Position numbers and translations under genes: made by a program. Below, piece by piece: positions 55,161-64,000 of a DNA stretch of 64,000 bases (the stretch's first letter is position 1; each line of letters begins with the position of its first letter). The DNA is taken from NCBI GenBank assembly GCA_965219415.1, contig CBDCNP010000002.1:4416001-4480000 (forward strand), in the 5' to 3' direction. The notes beneath the pieces were generated by a model. It had not been told where the DNA came from, ran no database searches, and saw only the letters and a program-made list of their open reading frames with translations. The DNA comes from Candidatus Marinacidobacterales bacterium. GTDB lineage: Bacteria > Acidobacteriota > Vicinamibacteria > Marinacidobacterales > DATDRI01.

Positions 55161-55253
55161 CAGTGGTCTGGGAAAGCCCCGGGCCGCGGCTCCACCCCTA
55201 CCCGGGGGCGTCCACTGGGACAACCCCGGAAGGGGACGAATACAATGTTTCCG

Positions 55254-55913
55254 CTACTTCGGTTGGGGAACGATCCGGATGTAGGGTAGCGGCGACTGCC
55301 AACCGGCAGGATACTTCTTCTTGGCCTCGTCGTCGGACACGGCTGGAACAATGATCACGTCGTTGCCCTGTTTCCAATTGACCGGTGTTGCCACCTTGTG
55401 GGTCGCTGTGAGTTGGCAGGAGTCTAGGAGGCGGAGGATCTCATCGAAGTTGCGGCCCGTGCTCATCGGGTAAGTCAAGGTCGCCTTGATCTTCTTATCG
55501 GGACCGATGATAAACACGGACCGGGCCGTCGCGTTGTCCGCCGCCGTCCTTCCGGTGGAGGTGTCGCCCTCGTCCGCCGGCAGCATGTCGTAGAGCTTGA
55601 CGACCTTCAGTTCTGGATCCCCGATCAGCGGATAGTTGATCGCGTGTCCCTGGGATGCCTCGATTTCCTTCGACCACCTCTTGTGGTCGCTGACCCCATC
55701 GACGCTGATGCCGAGAACCTTGCAGTTGCGCTTTTCGAACTCAGGCTTGAGCCCCGCCATATAGCCGAGTTCCGTCGTGCAGACCGGCGTGAAGTCCTTT
55801 GGATGCGAGAACAAGATGGCCCAACCTTCGCCAATCCAATCATGAAAGTTGACCGTCCCTTCTGTCGTTTCTGCGTTAAAGTTCGGCGCTTCGTCATTGA
55901 TTCTGAGCGTCAT
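55254..55913 (-). CDS. 1-Cys peroxiredoxin (Prx6)
   Basis: FSHPKDFTPVCTTELG, YPMSTGRNFDEI, ATPVNW; GGAGGG RBS before ATG 55913. Confidence 0.96.
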   Translation of the reverse strand: MTLRINDEAPNFNAETTEGTVNFHDWIGEGWAILFSHPKDFTPVCTTELGYMAGLKPEFEKRNCKVLGISVDGVSDHKRWSKEIEASQGHAINYPLIGDPELKVVKLYDMLPADEGDTSTGRTAADNATARSVFIIGPDKKIKATLTYPMSTGRNFDEILRLLDSCQLTATHKVATPVNWKQGNDVIIVPAVSDDEAKKKYPAGWQSPLPYIRIVPQPK

Positions 55914-56273
55914 AATTCCCTCCAGAGCATGTGAACGACCCGTTAACCGGTTTGAATGTGAAAAATCTAAGGCGATGACCGTTGTTGAAATACTCGATTC
56001 AACTCGGCTCCCAAGACAGTTCCCTTCTGAAGACTCGACAGACCTGGGTAGCCCGGAACTGCCAAGAGAGAGTTCGTCCCCAAGGTGCTTAGTCTCAGAT
56101 CCCAAACGCTATGAAGTACGGTTGCACGCTTAAATGCTACTCAGTTTCAACGGGTCGGACAAGTGCAATCGCGCGTCGGGTGCAGAAGGAGCACACTTTC
56201 TTAATTATTGGGATGTGTCCCGAGGTCCGTGGAAAAAGAACGGCACCCTCCACTCCGTCATCAGAGTATCATA

Positions 56274-56608
56274 TCAGGCGGCAACCTCCGCGTGTTCGAG
56301 AACCTCGCTCAGACGTTGGTAGCCGTCGATGCGTCGTAGTTGAATCTGGCCAGAGGCGATAAGCCCAAACAGCAAAGCGACCGCAGACTCCTCGCTGGAG
56401 AACGACGCTTGGGTTTTCGTCCGGCGTCGAAACTCGCGGTTGAGATTCTCCAGAGCTTTGGTCGTTCGAAACGGTTTCCACATGGCACGAGGGAATTCGT
56501 AGAAGGTCAGCAGCTGATTACCGGCCTCCTCTAGGCTTCGGACGACGGCCGGCGCGAGAGGCGTCCACTTGGCGACGAGCTCGTCATAGGCTTTGCGAGC
56601 ATCGATCC
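56274..56608 (-). pseudogene. IS256-family transposase 3' fragment
   Basis: LLTFYEFP...RTTKALENLNREFRRRTK; cut by an A end. Confidence 0.82.
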
Positions 56609-56937
56609 CGTCCTGTGCCAAAACCCGGCTGTGCCTTCTATTTATTCATCCGGGCGCCCCAAACTTGATTAGTCTCCGGTCTGCCGGCACCATGCCTGCT
56701 TGATTTCGTCGTTTGTTCGCGCTCTCATCTCCGCCTTCAAGGCTCGTCGCGAGCTGGCTCTCGACAATGTCGCTATTCGGCAACAGCTCGCCGTCCTCCG
56801 CCGTTCGGTGAAACGGCCGCGGCTCTCGAACGTCGACCGCGGGTTTTGGGTAACTGTAGAGCCTAAGGGCCCTTGGCCCAGTCGCTAAGCTGCTGATTTA
56901 TGGTCTATTTCAAAAGGGCCGAGTTTTGGCACAGGAC
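56609..56937. repeat. 21-bp A stub, IS-C stub (from 56630), reverse A
   Basis: Matches other copies in the window. Confidence 0.88.
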
Positions 56938-57010
56938 TGGGTGAACCCCGACGCCCTGAAAGACGATGTCCGTCCCGTCACCCACTGGGACAAGCGGTGA
57001 GACATTCACC

Positions 57011-59635
57011 TCATCTGGAGTGCGGCGCCTCAGGCGGTGCGAGGATCGTGTTGAACAATAGGTCAAACGTGCCGACGCTCAGCCAACGGTGAACGGGGTT
57101 GAACGCGAACATCACGAGTTTGCCTCGTCCGATGGGCGCTTCGATGATCGCCGGCGCGCCTCGAAGTGGCACGGCATTGTCGGCAAGCCCAGATAACCAC
57201 GTTTCGTTTTCCGCGAAGCGGAGCAGCACAGAGGCGCTGCCGCCTTCCATCACCGAGAACACCGGGGCCTTGGCGAAAAAAACTGCCAGCTCTCGAGAGT
57301 AGCCGTCCGTCGTCGGCCGGCGGTCGTCGACAACCTCCGCGCTCAATATCGATCCGGGGACGAGAAGCCCCGGTGGGTCGACGATCGCGACATCGGGTAC
57401 CAACCCATAGTCCACCGGAACTCGACACGCCGATCCAATGGTAACGAGAGTCCCGCCGTCTCTCACAAACGTCTCGAGATTCTCCACTCCCACCAGACCC
57501 ATCCCGCCCGTGATGTCTTCGGAGGAATCGTAGTCGCCCATGAAACGAAACCGCGCCGTCCTAGCGTAGGCGAGCGGTCCGTACTTTCGGTCCAACCCGG
57601 CCACGATGGCTTCGCCATCGCCTCTCCCGGCGGGACTCGCCGGAGCGAAAACGAGCGCGTCGAAGTCTTTCGCCAATCCTCCGCGTCGCAATCTCTCTTC
57701 GTTGACTAGCTCATAGCGAACCCCCAGTGTATCCAGCGTGAACCGGAGCCAACCGGTGTCCTGTGTATATCTCCAGGTGTAGACGAGTCCGACACGCGGT
57801 GAGCCAGCTTCTTCGAAGCGACGCTTCAAGGCCTTCGTCTCCGTGTAGCCGTTCGGTACCTCCGTCACCACCGGCTCCATCGCGGCGTTCAAAATGGCTT
57901 GGTCCCGCACTTCCATCGTGCGGACGCCGTACATGAGGCCAAGTGTCCAGGCGGTGTCGTCATAGGAAGGGGGGGCGTTCTTCGGATATTTCTGAATCTC
58001 GAACAGGGTCTGGATGAAGTTCCGGTAAGGCTGGTCCATGCGGACGACGTAGGAACCCCGAGGCAAGCGTGCCTCACCCGCGCCGACCGCTTCCACGCTC
58101 GCTCCGCCATCGACGCCGCTCGTATCCACTACCGACGCCAACGTCATTTCGGCAGTCAGTCGGTGGACCTCGATCCCGTGGCGACGAACGAGGTTGACCA
58201 GCGAGGTGGCCCGTGCGTCAGCGTCTCGATGCCCAACGCTCCCCTGCCCCGAGGGGACTACCCATGCGTAAGGTGGCTCGGTCCTCCCCCGATGAAGGGA
58301 GTTGGAGCTCTTTTTCCAGAAGTTCTCGAGTAGCGTCTCGGGGTGACGGGCAACCAGATCCAATGCGCTCAACACCGCAGTCTGTTGGTAATTGATACTG
58401 TTCCGATGGGACCATTCGACTTCCCGGTAGGGTGGGACCGGCCGAAACCACTCCCGACTGAGACGGTTCGCGTACGTCCGGGTGTGATTGAAAATAGATA
58501 GAATCGGCTCGGTGAGCTCGCGTCTCATCGTGCTGGCCCCCGCATTGCCGAAGGATTGATGGAAGCGGCCTGCCGCATTTCGATTGACCGCGATCCAAGC
58601 TACGTACCCCGGGTACCAAGCCTGCGCGAAGTCATACACCCAAACGCCGGGCATACCCCAGCGATTCATTTGAGCTAGCTCGTAATGAGCCAACCACGAT
58701 AGCTCCGTTTCGTAGATGGGGCCGTAGTTAGGATAGTTCGGTCCGGTTCCGGTGAAGATGTAGAGAAACGGCAAGGACTCGTGGAAGTCGTCTATCACCT
58801 GAGGGTGGAAACTGTCGAAGAGCTCGAGCAAGGCACGGGTCGCCGGCTGGGAAAGAACGATGCCGTCCCGGTTCGTGTCGTGGTAGAGATACTTGCTCCA
58901 GTAGGGCGAGGCCGGTTTCCACTGCGTCTGATCGGTAATGTCGATCAGGTGACGCGAGTACCAATCGGCATATCGATCGCGCCCGTCGGGCTCGAAGACT
59001 GGCAGAATGAGAACGATCACTTCGTGACGAATCCGCTCGAGTGTCGGATCATCGCTGACCGCCAAGCGGTACGCCAGCTCCATCATCATTTCGGGGCTCG
59101 CGGTCTCCGCCCCCTGAACCGCTCCCATCACCGCGTAGATGGGTTTTCCTTCTCGAACGATGTCCGCGGACCGTGCCTCGGAGGTTAGTCTAGGGTCTGC
59201 GAGCGCGGCGGTCATGGATTTGTATTTCTCGATTTGCCGGATGTTCTCTTCCGAGCTGACGGCGAGCGCGATGATGCGGCGTCCTTCGCTCGATGTCCCG
59301 ATGAAGAATGAATCGACTCGCGCAGATTTTTCAGCCAGCGCTTCCATATAACGAACGATGTCCGCGTAGTAGGTCATCTTGCCAGGCTGACCTACGGTGT
59401 AACCGAGAACCTCTCGCGGCGGTGGTACGCCATCGATGGACGCGGGCAAGGGATCGACGAGCGGAGAGAGGAACTCCGGGCGCGTCGTATAGCTACGAAT
59501 CGCCCTCGTCCCCTCCTCGTCGACGCCCGCACGTTGGGAGGGCGCGGACTCTGCGGTCAAACCCGAAATCACCGAGACCAGGCATGCGATTGTAGTGCAA
59601 CGCGGCAGGGTTCCCATGTCCCAACCGTATATCAT
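57011..59635 (-). CDS. M14 zinc carboxypeptidase-family protein with C-terminal GATase-like domain
   Basis: IGTSSEGR, ELAYRL, PDGRD, HDTNRD, DFHES, YDDTAWTL. Confidence 0.85.
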   Translation of the reverse strand: MIYGWDMGTLPRCTTIACLVSVISGLTAESAPSQRAGVDEEGTRAIRSYTTRPEFLSPLVDPLPASIDGVPPPREVLGYTVGQPGKMTYYADIVRYMEALAEKSARVDSFFIGTSSEGRRIIALAVSSEENIRQIEKYKSMTAALADPRLTSEARSADIVREGKPIYAVMGAVQGAETASPEMMMELAYRLAVSDDPTLERIRHEVIVLILPVFEPDGRDRYADWYSRHLIDITDQTQWKPASPYWSKYLYHDTNRDGIVLSQPATRALLELFDSFHPQVIDDFHESLPFLYIFTGTGPNYPNYGPIYETELSWLAHYELAQMNRWGMPGVWVYDFAQAWYPGYVAWIAVNRNAAGRFHQSFGNAGASTMRRELTEPILSIFNHTRTYANRLSREWFRPVPPYREVEWSHRNSINYQQTAVLSALDLVARHPETLLENFWKKSSNSLHRGRTEPPYAWVVPSGQGSVGHRDADARATSLVNLVRRHGIEVHRLTAEMTLASVVDTSGVDGGASVEAVGAGEARLPRGSYVVRMDQPYRNFIQTLFEIQKYPKNAPPSYDDTAWTLGLMYGVRTMEVRDQAILNAAMEPVVTEVPNGYTETKALKRRFEEAGSPRVGLVYTWRYTQDTGWLRFTLDTLGVRYELVNEERLRRGGLAKDFDALVFAPASPAGRGDGEAIVAGLDRKYGPLAYARTARFRFMGDYDSSEDITGGMGLVGVENLETFVRDGGTLVTIGSACRVPVDYGLVPDVAIVDPPGLLVPGSILSAEVVDDRRPTTDGYSRELAVFFAKAPVFSVMEGGSASVLLRFAENETWLSGLADNAVPLRGAPAIIEAPIGRGKLVMFAFNPVHRWLSVGTFDLLFNTILAPPEAPHSR

Positions 59636-59708
59636 GGCGGCGAGCAGCTTGCGATTGCAGGAGCTCCGTTGGCAAAAAGCCGTCGAATTAAGGTAGATTC
59701 TCGCGGAG

Positions 59709-60422
59709 ATGAAAACAGCAAAATCAACGCTTCATATCGCGGAGGGAGGCTTCCTCGCTCGCCCCGAAAAAAAGGCCGACTCGGACCAGCGGGATGCAGA
59801 GATAAGGCCCTACGCCGCCCAGCAGCCCGGCTTCGTCGAAACCTATGGCGGTTCCATTACCGGTACCGACTGGGGCTTTTTCACTGCCAAGTTTCGGAGT
59901 CTGCAAGACATGGAACACTGGCAAGCGGACCGAACACATAACGATGTGCAAGACGAAGCGAGGGATTCGTTTTGGTACGCCTACTACGTTCGCAAAGGAC
60001 GCTTGCTATCAGCGGCCGAGACCGCCGAGGGGAAGCTCCTGTGCGAGGCGGTGTTGCTCCGCGACCAGCCGCTGAGTCCCGAGGAACATAACGTTGCCAA
60101 CGCGGCGGCCGTGGAGACTTCTCGATTCGGCGTTCTGCCGTACGAGACGCTGAGAGGTTCCCCCATCCCCACGCCCTACGTATTCACCGGCCCGGTGGGC
60201 GTCTTACCCCAGGCCGCGCCGGTGCAATACGTCTTGCTTACCTACTGGGAGAAAACCGAGGCCAGTGCCGCATGGCAAGAGTCCCCGGCGTTCCAACACT
60301 TCGAACAGCTCGGCCAAGTCTCAACCTCGCTTTACGTGCTAATTCCAGAAAGACAACCTCGCATGGGACTTCTTCCCGACCGTTTGCAGCGGGAGTGGGT
60401 CGCACCGGATGCGCCCATTTGA
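59709..60422 (+). CDS. Dimeric alpha-beta barrel (ABM-like) protein
   Basis: AQQPGFV...FRSLQDMEHW...H...WYAYY, and a second TYWE...AWQESPAF repeat. Confidence 0.6.
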   Translation: MKTAKSTLHIAEGGFLARPEKKADSDQRDAEIRPYAAQQPGFVETYGGSITGTDWGFFTAKFRSLQDMEHWQADRTHNDVQDEARDSFWYAYYVRKGRLLSAAETAEGKLLCEAVLLRDQPLSPEEHNVANAAAVETSRFGVLPYETLRGSPIPTPYVFTGPVGVLPQAAPVQYVLLTYWEKTEASAAWQESPAFQHFEQLGQVSTSLYVLIPERQPRMGLLPDRLQREWVAPDAPI

Positions 60423-60458
60423 TGCCCGAAGGACGCCGGGCTAGCCCCGTCACCAGAA

Positions 60459-60575
60459 ATGTCCAGCCAGCCCCGCAAGCCCCGTAAGATTGTCGGCGTC
60501 GACGTGGGCGGTACGTTTACCGATCTCGTGTGGATGGAAGAGGCGGGAGAGGACGTACGCGTGGCGAAGGTACCC
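60459..60575 (+). pseudogene. 5' stub of hydantoinase A/5-oxoprolinase
   Basis: IVGVDVGGTFTDLV...VAKVP, then the A end. Confidence 0.88.
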
Positions 60576-61024
60576 CGTCCTGTGCCAAAACTCGGCCTTT
60601 TAGAAATAGACCACAAATCAGCAGCTTAGACGCCCTTGGAATCCGCGCAGAATCCAGGGTATTTCGCGCCGCAGGGCTGACTTCCGACCCATGGGCTGAC
60701 GGATGAATAAATAGAAGGCACAGCGCGAGGATGGGGGGACCGCCTAATGGAATAACTAAATTATGTCTAAACATAAAAAATAATGTGTTTACAGTAGTTT
60801 AACTGGACACTATAATTCAGCGTTGCGCGGGTTCCTACGCCCTTGGGAATCCGCGCAGAATCCAGGGTATTTCGCGCCGCAGGGCTGACTTCCGACCCAT
60901 GGGGCTGGCGGATGAATAAATAGAAGGCACAACCGCTTCCATTGGCCAACCAAGCGTAGACACCTCTAATCCGAAACGTCCCGGCGCTACGGTCTTGAGT
61001 TCGTTTGTGTTTTTGGACACGACG
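60576..61024. repeat. MITE A-C (60576-60722), AT-rich insert, partial A-C (60837-60931), reverse E (to 61024)
   Basis: Matches other copies in the window. Confidence 0.88.
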
Positions 61025-61398
61025 GCCTTCGGTGCCAAGTCAGCAGGGTTTCCGGTGTGACGATACCGGCGACTTCTGCTAACAGTTTCGGGACATTGTT
61101 GTGATTTCCTACGCGGACGGATCGATCGACCAGCAGGAAATGGATTGCCTCGTTTGGCTCTGCGAGAACGTCGGAGTCAACCCGCGGTTTATCCAGCAGA
61201 TCCTCACTAGCGCGGCCCGCGGCGTGGATTAGTGTTCTTCGACTCGGATCTTCAGGACGGCGAGCGTTGTGGCCGATCCGTCGGGCCCTTGTGATGATGC
61301 TAAGATCATCCCGTTATGCCCAGTGCGCTGGTAGACGCGGCTGCGGGGAAAGCCGTCTGAAAGCCACCTTATCGGTTCAAGGTAGGATGGCGTGACCG

Positions 61399-63031
61399 AT
61401 GACGAACGTTCCTACAGTCGTTGCCCATGCGGACTGGAGCATTTTACCGGTGAAGCGCTGGGTAGCGACAGCGCACCTCCGGGGCGACGGCTACGTCGCC
61501 GATGCGCCCCGCTCCGTCGGCGACGCCCGGCGATTGATCGCGTCCTTGGTGCCCTCGCCCTCAGCGACCATCCTCGCGGGATTTGATTTTCCCATTGGCG
61601 TACCCACCGCTTATGCACGGGTAGCCGGTGTCCGACACTTCCGCGCTCTCCTCGACGGCCTCGGCGCACCGCCGTGGGATGAGTTCGCCAAGCCGGCCCG
61701 CGTCGCTGCCGAGATCTCCCTCCTCCGCCCCTTCTACCCAGAGGGTAACGGCAGGGGGGCCCGCAAGGATGACCTCGTCGAGGCCTTCCGCGCGACCCGC
61801 TGGAAGGACCTGCTGCGAGAGTGTGACCGTGGTCAGTTGGGCCGTCCGGCAGCCGAATGCCTGTTCTGGACCCTCGGTCCCAAGCAGGTCGGGCGCGCCA
61901 CTCTGTCGGGATGGACGGAGGTGCTGCGACCCGCCCTCGCCGAAGGCGCGAGGCTCTGGCCGTTCGATGGTGCCCTTGAGAAGCTGCTGCAAGAAGCTGG
62001 CTGCGTGGTCGCTGAGACGTACCCCGCCGACGCCGTTCGACTCCTTAACTTGGAGCTACCTAGCCCGAGGGGCGGAAAGCGGGACTCGAGGTACCGACAG
62101 CGAGTCGGGCGCTCGCTCGTCACGACCGCGGAAACCGACAAAGCCGTCCGCCTATCCCCGGCGTTGCGCGAGGTGTTGCTCGACGGTTTCGGTCCGGACC
62201 CGAACGGTGAGGATCCGTTCGATGCGGTCATTGGCCTGCTGGCGATGTTGGAGGTTGTCCTCGAAAGACGCCCCGACGGGGCACCCTTGTCGGCAGCCGT
62301 GCGTGAGGTCGAGGGATGGATGCTCGGCTACGTCGTTCCGGAATCGGCGCATGCAACCGACAAGACCAGCGTGCCGCCGGAACCGGCGTCCCGCGACTGG
62401 CCGCTCCCGGAGCTCTTACCCGCGCGTCTAACCGGCGCCGAGCCCGTCATCGACGATGGCCGCCCGGTGCCTAGGCTCACCGTGCTCGACTTCTGGCGAT
62501 GGGCCGCATCGGATCTCGCAGACAACGTCGTGCGGGGTTGGTTCGCCGAGTTCATCGTGGGCTGCGGCCCTTGGCACCCACGACGGCGTTCGGCAGTCCT
62601 GGGACACCGTCGACGTGAAAACGAAAGCAGGCAAGACGATCCAGGTCAAGTGCTCCGCGTATCTGCAGTCGTGGGCCCAGAAGGAACTTTCCCAAGTTAA
62701 CTTCTCCGTCAAGCCTACCCGCGCCTGGGATCAAGAGACCGGCACCAGGGAGGATCGGGCGGGCAGGCACGCGGACGTCTACGTCTTCGTGCACCAGAAG
62801 CACATGGACAAGGCAACGCTCGACCCCCTTGACCTCACCCAGTTGGACTTCTATGTTGTCCCGACGGCGGTCGTCGAGGCGCGCTGGCCCCGGGCGGCTG
62901 CGCGTGTCGCTGGCCGCCGTGCGCGAGGCGGCCTGTCCAATCCGATACGCCGAGCTCCGGCGTGGGATAGAAGCACTCTAGGTCGACACTTGTTCGAACG
63001 ACGAAACGCCAAAATGCCCTGGGAAGGGTGA
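61399..63031 (+). CDS. DUF429 (RNase H-like) domain fused to a PD-(D/E)xK-like nuclease domain, frameshift near 62560
   Basis: HADWS, GFDFPIG, LWPFDG, AETYP, DPFDA; then DFWRWAASDL..NVVRG.FAEFIV / WDTVDV...IQVKCSAYLQSW, ADVYVF. Confidence 0.75.
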
Positions 63032-63079
63032 CAACCTCCTGAACGCGGCGCGCATCGAGACGGGCATGCTGTCGGTGCC

Positions 63080-63202
63080 CGTCGTGTCCAAATAAACAAA
63101 CGAACTCAAGGCCCTTGCGCCGCCTTGGCCCGGTCGCAAACATAGACACTAAGCTGCTGATTTATGGTCTATTTCAAAGGGGCCGAGTTTTGGCACAGGA
63201 CG
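63080..63202. mobile_element. Hybrid MITE E-A (123 bp)
   Basis: E end and reverse A end as imperfect TIRs; shorter relative of 29161-29329. Confidence 0.88.
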
Positions 63203-63265
63203 GGGGAGACATTTCCGATCGGCTCCAAGAGTCGTTGCGTGTGGTGCTTCCGCCATTAAGTGTTG

Positions 63266-64000
63266 TGGACTTGACCCGCTTTCGTGGACACCTAATCCTT
63301 TGGGAGACAGGAGTCCACGATGTCAAAGCAGGGAAACAGATACGCGGCCGAATTCCGGCGCCAAATGGTAGAGCTGGTGCGAGCTGGCCGCGGCTCCGAA
63401 GAGCTGGCGCGAGAGTTTGAGCCCTCGGGCCAGACGATCCGGAACTGGGTGAACCAGGCGGATCTCGACGAGGGTCGCAGGCAGGACGGTCTGACGAGTG
63501 AGGAGCGTGCGGAGCTCCGCCGCCTGCGACGGGAGAACCGTCAACTACGGTTGGAGCGGGAGATCCTCTCAAAAGCCGCGGCCTGGTTCGCTCGGGAGAC
63601 CGAGTCGGTACCACCGAAGCCTTCCGATTCGTGAGGGCGAACCAGGATTCACTACCGGTTGCCACGATGTGCCGACTGCTGGACGTCTCCGCCAGCGGCT
63701 ACTATGCGTGGCTTGAGCGTGCCCCGTCGGCCCGCGCGGTGTCGGATGCGGAGTTGCTTGAGAAGATCCGGGCGATTCACACCGCGTCGCGGAGCACGTA
63801 CGGCGCGCCGAGGATCCTCCACGAGCTACGAGAGACACACGAGCTCCACGTCTCACACAAGCGTGTAGCGCGGCTAATGCGCGAGGCTGGCATTCAAGGT
63901 GTTCACCGGCGCAAGAGGGCGCACACTACGATTCGCTGTGACGACGCCCGTCCCGCCCCCGATCTCGTCGACAGGAATTTCGAGGTGGACCGGCCCGACC
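63266..64000 (+). mobile_element. IS3-family element (left IR, orfA 63320-63634, orfB running off the window), inserted right after a 23-bp D end (63243-63265)
   Basis: IR TGGACTTGACCCGCTTTCGTGGACA; YAAEFRRQMVELV...EREILSKAAAWF; orfB near-identical to 26080-26895. Confidence 0.94.

Overview
GC-rich bacterial DNA; the GroEL, the gatB stub and the outer-membrane proteins look Acidobacteriota-like (inference). This is not an ordinary chromosome segment. It is a patchwork of gene-sized cargo blocks: a TonB receptor with a DUF2946 uORF, type I RM, HEPN-like and HNH genes, acyl-CoA synthetase, a BrxD/BrxHI-like ATPase-helicase pair, EVE, a racemase, vapBC, M4 and M14 peptidases, bacterioferritin, CIRCE-hsp20-groES-groEL, an NSS transporter, Prx6 and DUF429. 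Blocks are usually separated every 1-3 kb by short linkers built combinatorially from a few transposon-type ends, labelled here as follows. A = CGTCCTGTGCCAAAACTCGGCCC (about 24 copies by manual count). C = TGTGCCTTCTATTTATTCATCC (about 9). D/G = GGTGCTTCCGC / GGTGCTTGCG / GGTGCWTCGG (about 25). E = CGTCGTGTCCAAAAACACAAACGAACTC (about 6). A and C are demonstrably left ends of elements encoding rve (integrase-core DDE) transposases, and two intact 349-aa rve transposase copies (IS-A) are present. Neighbouring operon genes are cut at the linkers, and some genes are telescoped by multiple deletions. Two unrelated RNA-guided elements are programmed against the linker ends: an IS1111-type IS110 element whose predicted bridge RNA guides read the D end, and a group II intron fragment whose EBS1/EBS2 read the E end. 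This parallels the parasites known for integron attC sites. No rRNA, tRNA or CRISPR array was found. All coordinates were counted by hand and may be off by a few bases; no database search was run.
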